The translations under genes and the position numbers were made by a program. From positions 6,186-70,185 of the forward strand of contig CAMCHQ010000009.1 in assembly GCA_945874765.1 (NCBI GenBank): a DNA stretch of 64,000 nucleotides. Reading direction: 5' to 3'. Under the pieces are notes generated by a model that was not told where the DNA came from, searched no databases, and saw only the letters and a program-made list of their open reading frames with translations. How positions within the stretch are numbered: the first letter of the stretch is position 1; every line of letters begins with the position of its first letter. The DNA is from an uncultured Clostridia bacterium (GTDB taxonomy: Bacteria > Bacillota > Clostridia > Oscillospirales > Acutalibacteraceae). Positions 38,711 through 47,539 of the stretch are shown one piece after another.

Positions 38711-39685
38711 ATGGACAATATATTTTCTGTTTTGGAACATTTTCCGAATGATTTAAAAAAATGTTTTTTATCATTTGATATCTCGGTTTTATCAAAAATA
38801 ACCGAAATAAGGCTGAGAGTTGATAAGCCTATTATTATTTACATACTCGACAAGCCTTTTTTTATCAGCAAATATGACAAGCTTATCAACCATTTTGTTG
38901 AAGATTCTAGATGTATAAATGATGAAGAATTTATATTTATACTTGACAGTCTTTGCAATAATTCATACCACACAAATATGCAAACGATGGTTGAAGGCTA
39001 TGTAACCGACAGGTTTGGCTCAAGAGTAGGCATAGCCGGGGAAGCGGTATATAAAAACGGCTTTGTATCAAGTGTTAAAAATATAAACGGCTTAAATTTC
39101 AGAATATCGCACAGTATTGAAAACTGTTCAAGAAATATTTTGAATATTCTTTATACCAAATCAACGCCGAGTGTTATCGTTGCAGGACCTCCGGCAAGCG
39201 GAAAAACGACTGTTTTAAGAGATATGGCACGTCTTTTATCAAGCGGGTATGCCGGAAAATACAGAAAAATAAGCGTTATTGACGAGAGAAAAGAACTTTC
39301 CTCCGGTTTTGATATTGGAATTAATACCGATATTATTTCATCTTATAAAAAAGATAAAGGCATCGAAATGGCTGTAAGAACGCTTTCACCACAAATTATT
39401 GTTTGCGACGAGATAGGTAATATGAATGAAGTAGAGGCAATTAAATTCGGATTTTCAAGCGGAACATCGTTTATTTTATCGATTCATTTAAAATCTGTTG
39501 AGGATTTATTGAGAAATCAAATTGCGACCGAACTTTTATCAACACGTGAATTTTCATATATAGTATTTTTACGTGGGATTGATGAAGGGTTTGATATTAT
39601 TGATTTGACGGAGGAAGAAATTGAAAACGGCAGGAATAATAATGATTATCGTAAGCTCAACACTCCTTTCGGCGATAATATGTAA
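38711..39685 (+). CDS. spoIIIAA: Stage III sporulation protein AA (ATPase)
   Basis: ITEIRLR...P, Walker A GPPASGKTT, Walker B IVCDEIG. First gene of an 8-gene operon. Confidence 0.9.
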   Translation: MDNIFSVLEHFPNDLKKCFLSFDISVLSKITEIRLRVDKPIIIYILDKPFFISKYDKLINHFVEDSRCINDEEFIFILDSLCNNSYHTNMQTMVEGYVTDRFGSRVGIAGEAVYKNGFVSSVKNINGLNFRISHSIENCSRNILNILYTKSTPSVIVAGPPASGKTTVLRDMARLLSSGYAGKYRKISVIDERKELSSGFDIGINTDIISSYKKDKGIEMAVRTLSPQIIVCDEIGNMNEVEAIKFGFSSGTSFILSIHLKSVEDLLRNQIATELLSTREFSYIVFLRGIDEGFDIIDLTEEEIENGRNNNDYRKLNTPFGDNM

Positions 39686-40064
39686 ATATGAAAAAAGCAA
39701 AATCGATTATTGCGATAAAATGATATTTTTAGGCTCAAAGGTAATGGTTTTGTTAAATACAACTTTGCCCGAGACCGAAAAAATATTCGCCTTGTTAAAC
39801 AATTGTGAAAAGCTGAAAAATATTGATTTAAACGATATTTATTCGTCCTCTCCGTTAAAAAAGGATGAAAACGATAAAATCAGCGACTATTTGTCATCGA
39901 TAGGTAAATTCGATACACAAACGCAAATCAATAAGGCATTTGAATTTTGCGAAACTTTCAGATTATTAAAAGAAGATTATCGGCAATATTATTCTTCGCA
40001 CTGTAAAATTATATACGCTCTCGGCTTCAGTGTGGGGTGCATAACGGCAATTTTGCTGATATAG
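39621..40064 (+). CDS. spoIIIAB: Stage III sporulation protein AB (start uncertain: TTG 39621 or ATG 39642)
   Basis: Position and size in the spoIIIA operon, with an N-terminal TM. Confidence 0.75.
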   Translation: MKTAGIIMIIVSSTLLSAIICKYEKSKIDYCDKMIFLGSKVMVLLNTTLPETEKIFALLNNCEKLKNIDLNDIYSSSPLKKDENDKISDYLSSIGKFDTQTQINKAFEFCETFRLLKEDYRQYYSSHCKIIYALGFSVGCITAILLI

Positions 40065-40072
40065 GAGGATAA

Positions 40073-40267
40073 ATGGATATTAATTTTATCTTTAAAATAG
40101 CTGCAATAGGAATAATAGTGGCTGTGCTTAATATGGTTTTAATAAGAAGCGGAAGAGAAGAGCAGGCAATGCTTACAACACTTGCGGGGGTAATAGTTGT
40201 ATTAATGATGATTATTCCGCAGATAAGCAATTTGTTTTCAACCGTTAAATCGCTTTTTGACTTATGA
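40073..40267 (+). CDS. spoIIIAC: Stage III sporulation protein AC
   Basis: 64 aa, two TM. IFKIAAIGIIVAVLN.VL..SGREEQA.L..LAG. Confidence 0.85.
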   Translation: MDINFIFKIAAIGIIVAVLNMVLIRSGREEQAMLTTLAGVIVVLMMIIPQISNLFSTVKSLFDL

Positions 40268-40644
40268 TTAAGGTTGTAGGAATTATATTGACGGCGTTGA
40301 TAATTAATATTGTGCTGAAAAATTATTCAAGAGAGTTTACACTTTTTGTAAATATTGTTTGCGCAGTAATTATTTTCACGCTTATATCAAACGATTTAAA
40401 AGGAATAGTTGATAAACTGACGTCAATAAGCTCAAAAGTATCAATCTTATCTCCTTATATCAAAATAATGCTGAAAATCCTCGGTATATCAATGATTGCC
40501 CAGTTGCTTTCGGATTTATGCAGGGATAACGGGGAAAATACACTTGCAAATCAAACCGAACTTTCGGCAAAAATTATTATTCTTGTAACCTCATTGCCGC
40601 TTTTTACAACAATTATGGATATTATGTTAGGAATGCTTAAATGA
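40264..40644 (+). CDS. spoIIIAD: Stage III sporulation protein AD
   Basis: 126-aa membrane protein with a conserved C-terminal block (L..K...L..S.P). Confidence 0.85.
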   Translation: MIKVVGIILTALIINIVLKNYSREFTLFVNIVCAVIIFTLISNDLKGIVDKLTSISSKVSILSPYIKIMLKILGISMIAQLLSDLCRDNGENTLANQTELSAKIIILVTSLPLFTTIMDIMLGMLK

Positions 40645-41783
40645 AAAGAAAAATAAATTTGTTCGCTTTTTTTATTTTGATGATAATTATTGCTTTACCG
40701 TCAACTTGCTGTGCTCAAAGTATAAATGAGGATTATCAAAACCAAATAGAAGAGTATGATTTGTCCTCTTTTGATTTGCTTGATGACGATACGTCGAATC
40801 TTTTGGAAGAACTCGGAATTGAAGATTTTAATTATGAAAATATCAGCAGTATATCATTTAAACAGATAATTGATTATATTGTGTCGGTTTTTTCAAAAAA
40901 CGTGCAGGGACCTTTCAAATGTTGCCTGATATTAATTTGCTTTGTGATATTGTCATCGATAGTTAAATCATTTGATATGCGTCTGGCGCAAGATTCTGTT
41001 TCCGATATTTATGCTACAATTTCAAATCTTGTGATTGCGATATTCTTGGTAACGCAGGTCTACCCTTCAATTAAGCTTTCCTGTGCGGCAATCAAACTAT
41101 GCTCGGATTTTACATATGCTTTCTTTCCGGTTTTTTGCATTATTTGCGCCTCAAGCGGCGGCGCCATGACGTCGTTTACGGTAAACGGAAGTTTACTTTT
41201 GTTTTCTCAGGCACTTAATTTCATATCTTCTAACATATTTTTACCCGTTGTAAATTCATTTATGGGAATATCTGTCTGCTCATCTGTAAGACGTGACCTA
41301 AATATGGGAAGTATTGTGTCCGCTTTAAGAAATTTGATTACAAAAGCAATTTCGGCTTTATCGGCAGTTTTTGTGTCATATCTGTCGCTTAAAACGGCTG
41401 TCGCATCAAGATCCGACGCACTCGGTTTAAGGTCTGTAAGGTTTGCCATCAATTCTGTTGTGCCGATTATCGGCAGTTCGATAAGCGAAGGGCTTTTGTC
41501 GATTCAAAGCTATTCAAGTTTGATTAAAACAAGCGTCGGAATAGTGGGAATTATCGCTATATCCGCCATATTTTTGCCGGCAATAATAAACACAACATTG
41601 TGGAGGCTTTCAATATCGGTCGCAAATATCTTTTCCAAAGTGTTTTTTGACAGCGAATCAAGCACGGTTTTGGAAGCGTTTTCAAGTGCTTTGTTAATAA
41701 TCAATGTACTTTTGATATTGTCAATGGTAACAACAATCATTTCTTTGGGAATTTTAGTAGCATCAAAAACGGTGAGTGTATGA
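40641..41783 (+). CDS. spoIIIAE: Stage III sporulation protein AE
   Basis: Signal peptide followed by a polytopic domain, 380 aa, in operon order. Confidence 0.85.
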   Translation: MKRKINLFAFFILMIIIALPSTCCAQSINEDYQNQIEEYDLSSFDLLDDDTSNLLEELGIEDFNYENISSISFKQIIDYIVSVFSKNVQGPFKCCLILICFVILSSIVKSFDMRLAQDSVSDIYATISNLVIAIFLVTQVYPSIKLSCAAIKLCSDFTYAFFPVFCIICASSGGAMTSFTVNGSLLLFSQALNFISSNIFLPVVNSFMGISVCSSVRRDLNMGSIVSALRNLITKAISALSAVFVSYLSLKTAVASRSDALGLRSVRFAINSVVPIIGSSISEGLLSIQSYSSLIKTSVGIVGIIAISAIFLPAIINTTLWRLSISVANIFSKVFFDSESSTVLEAFSSALLIINVLLILSMVTTIISLGILVASKTVSV

Positions 41784-42223
41784 AGTATTTAAATGAATGG
41801 ACGTATACGGTTTGCATTACTCTTATCTTTTCCGTGATTTTTTCTCTGCTTTTGCCTAAAGGCGCTAACGGCAAAGTAGGAAAAATAATTATAACTGTTT
41901 TCATTATGATATCATTTATCGCTCCCATCAAAGCAAACGGATTAAATTTTGATTTTGACAATATAAATTCAATCAGCGAAAAGCAAGAGGAAAATGAAGA
42001 AGAATCTTACGGTGCGATAATCAAATCGAATATAGAAAAAACGCTCAGTGACGCCGGTTATAAAAATTCAAAGGCAAAACTTAAAGTGAAAATTAACGAT
42101 AATGAGCTTTATATCAAATCGGCTGAAATATATATATTAAACGACTATGATAAATCAGAGGTTAAAAAATATATTTTTGATAAACTAGGAATAAATGCGC
42201 AGGTGTATTACATTGGTGAATAA
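41780..42223 (+). CDS. spoIIIAF: Stage III sporulation protein AF
   Basis: Two N-terminal TM segments and a soluble domain, in operon order. Confidence 0.75.
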   Translation: MKYLNEWTYTVCITLIFSVIFSLLLPKGANGKVGKIIITVFIMISFIAPIKANGLNFDFDNINSISEKQEENEEESYGAIIKSNIEKTLSDAGYKNSKAKLKVKINDNELYIKSAEIYILNDYDKSEVKKYIFDKLGINAQVYYIGE

Positions 42224-42752
42224 AATTAAGGACGCAGTAAATTTTATATTAAAATCGGACGGAAAAAGAGTGAAAATAATTGTCGCTTTAGGGCTTGTCG
42301 CAATAATCTTAATCGCTTTTTCATCACTGTTTCAGTCAAATGACAACAGTAAAAATACTAAAGGAGAAGAGGTTTCATTTGATTATTCGCAATACAGCGA
42401 ACAAACAGAGAAAAAACTTACGGATATTGTTTCTTCAATTGACGGAGTAGGCGAGTGTGAGGTGATGATTACTTTTGAATACAGCAACGAAAACATCTAC
42501 GCAACCGACAGCGAAAACAAGAATGACGAAAACTATCAAAGCAACAAAGACGAATATGTATTATATGATTCGCAAAACGGCGAAAAAGCACTCCTTATTA
42601 AGGAAAAATATCCTACCGTTCAGGGTGTGAGCGTTGTTTGTTCGGGAGGGGATAATGTAGAGGTTCGAGAGGCGGTTATCAATACCGTTACATCTCTTTT
42701 TAATATATCAGCAAACAGAGTTTCTGTTTCAAAAATTAAATCAAAAGGGTGA
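42195..42752 (+). CDS. spoIIIAG: Stage III sporulation protein AG (true start possibly TTG 42213)
   Basis: C-terminal block VQGVSVVCSGGDN.EV...V...V..LF.I...RV.V. Confidence 0.8.
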   Translation: MRRCITLVNKIKDAVNFILKSDGKRVKIIVALGLVAIILIAFSSLFQSNDNSKNTKGEEVSFDYSQYSEQTEKKLTDIVSSIDGVGECEVMITFEYSNENIYATDSENKNDENYQSNKDEYVLYDSQNGEKALLIKEKYPTVQGVSVVCSGGDNVEVREAVINTVTSLFNISANRVSVSKIKSKG

Positions 42753-43384
42753 TTACTTTGAAAAAAGAAAATAAGCAAAAAGATAAGACGAAAAAGAAGA
42801 AAAAAGAAAAACCGATACTCACGGAAGAACAAATAAAAAAGCGCAGAGCGAGAAGTACACGTATTGTTGCCTGCTGCTTCCTGCTTTTACTCGGCGTGGG
42901 TGTTGCCGGCAATTGGTATTGGGAAAACAGTGATATATCGGCAAAGGTAAGTTCCATTTCGTCGAGCAGAGATAAGGTTTTGGGTGAAGCGACATATGTT
43001 GACGCAACGACTACTCAGCCGGTAAAAGAAAGCGCTTATTTTTCTTCGGCAAGAGTTGACAGACAAACCGCAAGAGATGAAAGTCTTGAAAAACTTCAAA
43101 AAATTGTTGACTCAACAAAAGATACAGATAAAGCGCATATTGCCGCAGCTGATAAAATTGCTTCGATTTCGGACATAATATCTATTGAAAACAAAATTGA
43201 AACTCTTGTTAAGGCAAAAGGCGTAAATAATTGTCTTGCAGTCATTAATGAGGACGCAACAAAGGTTAATGTAATCGTTGATTCAAAGGATTTGACAGAC
43301 CAAACTATTTTGCAGATTAAAGAGATAACCGTTTCCCAACTCGGTTGCAGCTATGAGGATGTTACTATTATTCAGTCAAACTAA
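42749..43384 (+). CDS. spoIIIAH: Stage III sporulation protein AH (true start possibly TTG 42758)
   Basis: Lys-rich N-terminus, one TM and a YscJ/FliF-like C-terminal domain. Last gene of the operon. Confidence 0.75.
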   Translation: MITLKKENKQKDKTKKKKKEKPILTEEQIKKRRARSTRIVACCFLLLLGVGVAGNWYWENSDISAKVSSISSSRDKVLGEATYVDATTTQPVKESAYFSSARVDRQTARDESLEKLQKIVDSTKDTDKAHIAAADKIASISDIISIENKIETLVKAKGVNNCLAVINEDATKVNVIVDSKDLTDQTILQIKEITVSQLGCSYEDVTIIQSN

Positions 43385-43410
43385 TTTCTTAATTATTTTA
43401 TATTAATATC

Positions 43411-43439
43411 TTGTATATTTATTCAGTTTGTGTTATAAT
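43411..43439 (+). promoter_or_regulatory. Sigma-A promoter with extended -10 ahead of asp23
   Basis: TTGTAT, 17 nt, TGtTATAAT. Confidence 0.6.
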
Positions 43440-43464
43440 GGTTCAAAATTAAGGAGGCTTAATT

Positions 43465-43857
43465 ATGGAAATAATATCTAAAAGCTCTATGGGTGAGCTT
43501 ATTATATCCGATGAGGTTCTTTCATCAATAGCGGTTAATGCGGCTAAGGACGTTGACGGTGTATCGTCTTTTTGTAACAAGCCGGTTGACGTTGTAAATA
43601 CAATTAAGCAGGGCAGTCTTAAAGTTATGAGCCCTGTAAGAATTAAGCAGGAAAATGACAGCTTTACTATAAGCATCTATATTAATATCGCACCCGGTAA
43701 GAAATTCCAAACTGTTGCAACTCAGGTGCAAAGTGCGGTTAAGGAATCTGTTCAAAATATGACAGGTAAGCTTGTAACTAAAGTTAATGTTATTGTAGCC
43801 GGTATTGATTTTGAAGAGCCTGTAAGCTCTAATGAACCTTGTGAAACTGAAGAGTAA
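43465..43857 (+). CDS. Asp23/Gls24 family envelope stress protein
   Basis: GEL.ISDEV...IA..AA.DV.GV and a later V.V.V block. Confidence 0.85.
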   Translation: MEIISKSSMGELIISDEVLSSIAVNAAKDVDGVSSFCNKPVDVVNTIKQGSLKVMSPVRIKQENDSFTISIYINIAPGKKFQTVATQVQSAVKESVQNMTGKLVTKVNVIVAGIDFEEPVSSNEPCETEE

Positions 43858-43864
43858 CAAAATC

Positions 43865-43899
43865 TGCCGACAATAAAATTTTTGTCGGCATTTTATTTT
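43865..43899 (+). terminator. Hairpin and U-tract between asp23 and nusB
   Basis: ctgccgacaa / ttgtcggca stem followed by ttttatttt. Confidence 0.7.
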
Positions 43900-43925
43900 G
43901 CATAAATTTTTAGGAGATATAGCAG

Positions 43926-44315
43926 ATGAAAAGAAGTGAAATGAGAGAGCAGGCGTTTCTTTTAACGTTTGAAGGGCTTTTTTCAAGCGGTGAAGATATT
44001 GATGAGGTTATCGAGCTTTACAGTGAAAATGTTGAGGCTGTAAGCAAGTATGCAAAAGACGTGTTTATCGGAGTTAAAGGCTCAAAAGACGAATTAAACG
44101 AAACAATTAATAAATATTCAAAAAGCTGGAAAGTATCAAGACTTCCGAAAGTTACGCTTGCAATTCTTTATGTAGCGCTTTATGAAATGAAAAATGTTGA
44201 GGACGTTGCCGACAGTATTGCTATTAATGAAGCGGTTGAACTTGCAAAAAAATATGCTTCAAGTGATGACGCATCATATATTAACGGCGTTCTCGGCGCA
44301 GTGGCAAGGGGTTAA
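43926..44315 (+). CDS. nusB: Transcription antitermination factor NusB
   Basis: R...RE.AF..LF, W...RL....AILR-like block, AINEAVELAKKY......ING.L. Confidence 0.9.
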   Translation: MKRSEMREQAFLLTFEGLFSSGEDIDEVIELYSENVEAVSKYAKDVFIGVKGSKDELNETINKYSKSWKVSRLPKVTLAILYVALYEMKNVEDVADSIAINEAVELAKKYASSDDASYINGVLGAVARG

Positions 44316-44317
44316 TT

Positions 44318-45238
44318 ATGTATCTCGGATTTGATACAAGCAATTATACAACCTCGTTAGCTTTGTATGACGGTGAAAATATCGTTCAGGCAAAAAAGCT
44401 TTTGCAAGTTAAATCTGGTGAACGTGGGCTTAGGCAAAGCGATGCGGTTTTTCAGCATACCGTTAATATGCCTGAAATTTTAAACGCTCTTGAATATGAT
44501 AAATCCGATATTGACGCAATTGCAGTGAGCACGAGGCCGAGAAATATTGAAAAAAGCTATATGCCTTGTTTTATGGTAGGTAAATCGGTTGCCACTGCTG
44601 TTTCAAAGTTTACATTGTCAAAACTTTATTCAACTTCTCATCAGGTTGGTCATATTTTAGCGGCGCTTTATTCTGTCGACAGGCTTGATTTAATAAATCA
44701 AGAATTTATTGCGTTTCACGTAAGCGGCGGAACAACGGAAGCGCTTTTGGTTACACCTGATAAAGACGAAATTGTTAAGGCTCAAATTATTGCCCAAAGT
44801 CTTGATTTAAAAGCGGGACAGGCTGTTGACAGGACAGGGGTTCTTCTTGGACTTGATTTTCCTTGCGGTAAAGAACTTGACGCTCTTTCACTTTTAAGCG
44901 ATAAAAGTTATAAAATTAAGCCATATGTGAAAGGTCTTGACTGTTCTCTTTCGGGTGTTGAAAATAAAGCTAAGGCTATGATTGAAAAAGGTGAGAGTAA
45001 GCAGGACGTATCAAAATTTGTTCTGTCTTATATATCGGCGTCACTTGAAAAAATGACAGAGCTTTTACTTGAAAAATACGGCAATTTACCGCTTGTTTTT
45101 GCAGGCGGAGTAATGTCGAATACACTTATTAAAACTAATATAACAAATAAATTTTCTGCATATTTTGCAAAGCCGGAGTTTAGTTGCGATAATGCGGCAG
45201 GCGTTGCGATTTATGCCTATTTGAAAGATAATATATGA
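44318..45238 (+). CDS. TsaD/Kae1-like (glycoprotease family, ASKHA fold) paralogue of unknown role
   Basis: MYLGFDTSNYTTS start, HQVGH (H-x3-H as in the TsaD metal site), FHVSGGT, FAGGV.SN. Confidence 0.65.
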   Translation: MYLGFDTSNYTTSLALYDGENIVQAKKLLQVKSGERGLRQSDAVFQHTVNMPEILNALEYDKSDIDAIAVSTRPRNIEKSYMPCFMVGKSVATAVSKFTLSKLYSTSHQVGHILAALYSVDRLDLINQEFIAFHVSGGTTEALLVTPDKDEIVKAQIIAQSLDLKAGQAVDRTGVLLGLDFPCGKELDALSLLSDKSYKIKPYVKGLDCSLSGVENKAKAMIEKGESKQDVSKFVLSYISASLEKMTELLLEKYGNLPLVFAGGVMSNTLIKTNITNKFSAYFAKPEFSCDNAAGVAIYAYLKDNI

Positions 45239-46443
45239 ATATTAACGCTTTAACGGTAACACAAGTTAATACTTATATCAAAGCAATTCTTGACGAAAAT
45301 GTGCATTTGAAGAATATTTATATTGTGGGTGAAATAAGCAATTTTCTTCATTATTTTCGTTCGGGACATATGTATTTTACGCTTAAAGATGAAAACTCTC
45401 AGTTAAAAGCTGTTATGTTTTCCTCTAATGCGAGCAGACTTAAATTTAAACCGAATGACGGAATGAAGGTGCTTTGCAGGGGCAGAATTTCTGTTTATGA
45501 TAAAGACGGAAATTACCAGCTTTATGTTGACGATATGCAGCCTGACGGTATAGGCACTCTCGCAATTGCATTTGAACAGCTGAAAGAAAAGCTTTCAAAA
45601 GAAGGCTTGTTTGATGAGGTTTATAAAAAACCGGTTCCGAAATTTCCGAGGAAAATCGGTGTTGCAACTTCCGATATGGGTGCGGCTGTCGAGGATATAA
45701 AAAACATTACCAAAAGAAGATATCCGATTGCCGAACTTGTCATTGTGCCGACTGTTGTCCAAGGTGACAGTGCACCGGATGATATTTGCAAATCAATTAA
45801 GATACTCGATTGCCGAGATGATATAGACGTTATCATTGTCGGCAGAGGCGGCGGTTCGCTTGAAGATTTGTGGGCATTTAATACCGAACAGGTTGCAAGA
45901 GCTGTTTTTGAGTGTAATACACCGATTATTTCCGCTGTCGGTCACGAAACAGATTATACGATATGCGATTTTGTAGCTGATTTAAGAGCACCCACACCGA
46001 GTGCGGCGGCAGAACTTGCCGTACCCGATTCATCTGCTTTAATTAGTTATTTAGATGATATTAAAAACAGACTTTCTTCGCTTTTGTATAATAAAATCGA
46101 TAAGGAATATCAAAAACTTGATAATTTGCTTATTAATACACCGCTTGAAAATATGAATGATTATATTAATCAAAAAAGTGATGATTTAGAAGTTTTGCAG
46201 ACACGTCTTTTTGACGGATTTTCGTATTTGTTAGAGCAAAAATCAAATGATTTAAAAAATAAAATTTCACGTCTTGATGCATTAAGCCCTCTAAAAATTC
46301 TTTTAAGAGGTTATACCCTTACTTCAATTGACGGCAAAACCGTCGGTGATGTTAATGATATCAAGGTCGGTGATGCGATAGATGTAACTTTCACTAACGG
46401 AAAATCAAAATGTATTGTTAAAGAGGTAACGCCTAATGAGTGA
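45235..46443 (+). CDS. xseA: Exodeoxyribonuclease VII large subunit
   Basis: TV..L...IK..L, GEISN......SGH.YF.LKD, RGGGS.EDLW.FN. Confidence 0.92.
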   Translation: MNINALTVTQVNTYIKAILDENVHLKNIYIVGEISNFLHYFRSGHMYFTLKDENSQLKAVMFSSNASRLKFKPNDGMKVLCRGRISVYDKDGNYQLYVDDMQPDGIGTLAIAFEQLKEKLSKEGLFDEVYKKPVPKFPRKIGVATSDMGAAVEDIKNITKRRYPIAELVIVPTVVQGDSAPDDICKSIKILDCRDDIDVIIVGRGGGSLEDLWAFNTEQVARAVFECNTPIISAVGHETDYTICDFVADLRAPTPSAAAELAVPDSSALISYLDDIKNRLSSLLYNKIDKEYQKLDNLLINTPLENMNDYINQKSDDLEVLQTRLFDGFSYLLEQKSNDLKNKISRLDALSPLKILLRGYTLTSIDGKTVGDVNDIKVGDAIDVTFTNGKSKCIVKEVTPNE

Positions 46444-46636
46444 TGAAATAAAATATGAAGACGCTATTAAAGAGCTTGACGAAATAGTTAATAAGCTTGA
46501 AAACGGTACTGCGTCCCTTGATGAAAGCATTAAGCTTTTTGAAAAAGGAACAAAACTTGCAGGTATCTGCAGTGAAAAACTTAAAAAAGCCGAGCAAAAG
46601 ATAACTATGCTTACTAAGGAGAATAACGATGACTGA
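46436..46636 (+). CDS. xseB: Exodeoxyribonuclease VII small subunit
   Basis: 66 aa. YE.A..EL..IV..LE.G...L.ES...FE.G..L. Overlaps xseA. Confidence 0.9.
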   Translation: MSDEIKYEDAIKELDEIVNKLENGTASLDESIKLFEKGTKLAGICSEKLKKAEQKITMLTKENNDD

Positions 46637-47513
46637 AACAGAGTTTAATAATATTCTTACAAATGATATAAAAAAAGTCGAACATACGCTTTTATCTTTC
46701 CTTCCCGATTGTAAAGACGGTCAGGAAAGCGTTGTTCAGGCTATGGAATACAGCCTTGTAAACGGCGGTAAAAGGCTCAGACCTATTTTTGCGCTTGAAT
46801 TTGCACAGGCTTGCGGCGGCAGCCGTGACGATGCATTACCTTTTGCTTGCGCTATGGAATATGTTCATACATACAGCCTCATTCACGATGATTTGCCTTG
46901 TATGGATAATGATGATTTGAGAAGAGGCAAGCCAAGTTGTCATAAAGCATTTGGTGAGGATACCGCTCTTTTGGCAGGCGACGCTCTTTTAACGCACGCA
47001 TTTGAAATTATTGCGTCGAGTGACCTTTCAGATGATAAAAAGGTTTCTGCCTCTCTTCTACTTGCTCAAAATTCAGGCGTCGGCGGAATGATTGGCGGTC
47101 AGGTTATCGACCTTATTTATGAAAAGGAAAATCCGAGCGTTAAGCAGCTTTTAAATGTATATAGAATGAAAACGGGTGCCCTCATTTCTGCCGCTTGTCT
47201 TATGGGTTGTATAAGTGCAGGTGCCGATGAGGAAAAGATGTCCGCTGCTTCAAAATTTGCGTATTCTCTCGGTATTGCATTCCAAATTCAAGATGATATT
47301 TTGGATATTGTCGGTGATGAAAAGGTACTTGGCAAGCCGGTAGGTTCCGATGCGGAAAATGAAAAGACCACTTATGCTACTCTTGTCGGAATCGAAAAGG
47401 CAAAATCCGATGTTAAGAAACTTACAAATGCAGCAATTAATCAACTTAGCGTATTTGAAAACAGCGAATTTTTGAAAGCGCTTGCTTTATCGCTTATTAA
47501 TCGTAAAAAATAG
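46629..47513 (+). CDS. ispA: Polyprenyl (farnesyl/geranylgeranyl) diphosphate synthase
   Basis: GGKRLRP, IHDDLPCMDNDDLRRGKPSCH, FQIQDDILD. Confidence 0.88.
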   Translation: MTETEFNNILTNDIKKVEHTLLSFLPDCKDGQESVVQAMEYSLVNGGKRLRPIFALEFAQACGGSRDDALPFACAMEYVHTYSLIHDDLPCMDNDDLRRGKPSCHKAFGEDTALLAGDALLTHAFEIIASSDLSDDKKVSASLLLAQNSGVGGMIGGQVIDLIYEKENPSVKQLLNVYRMKTGALISAACLMGCISAGADEEKMSAASKFAYSLGIAFQIQDDILDIVGDEKVLGKPVGSDAENEKTTYATLVGIEKAKSDVKKLTNAAINQLSVFENSEFLKALALSLINRKK

Positions 47514-47539
47514 TTTTAAAGATTGAAAAGAGAAATAAT

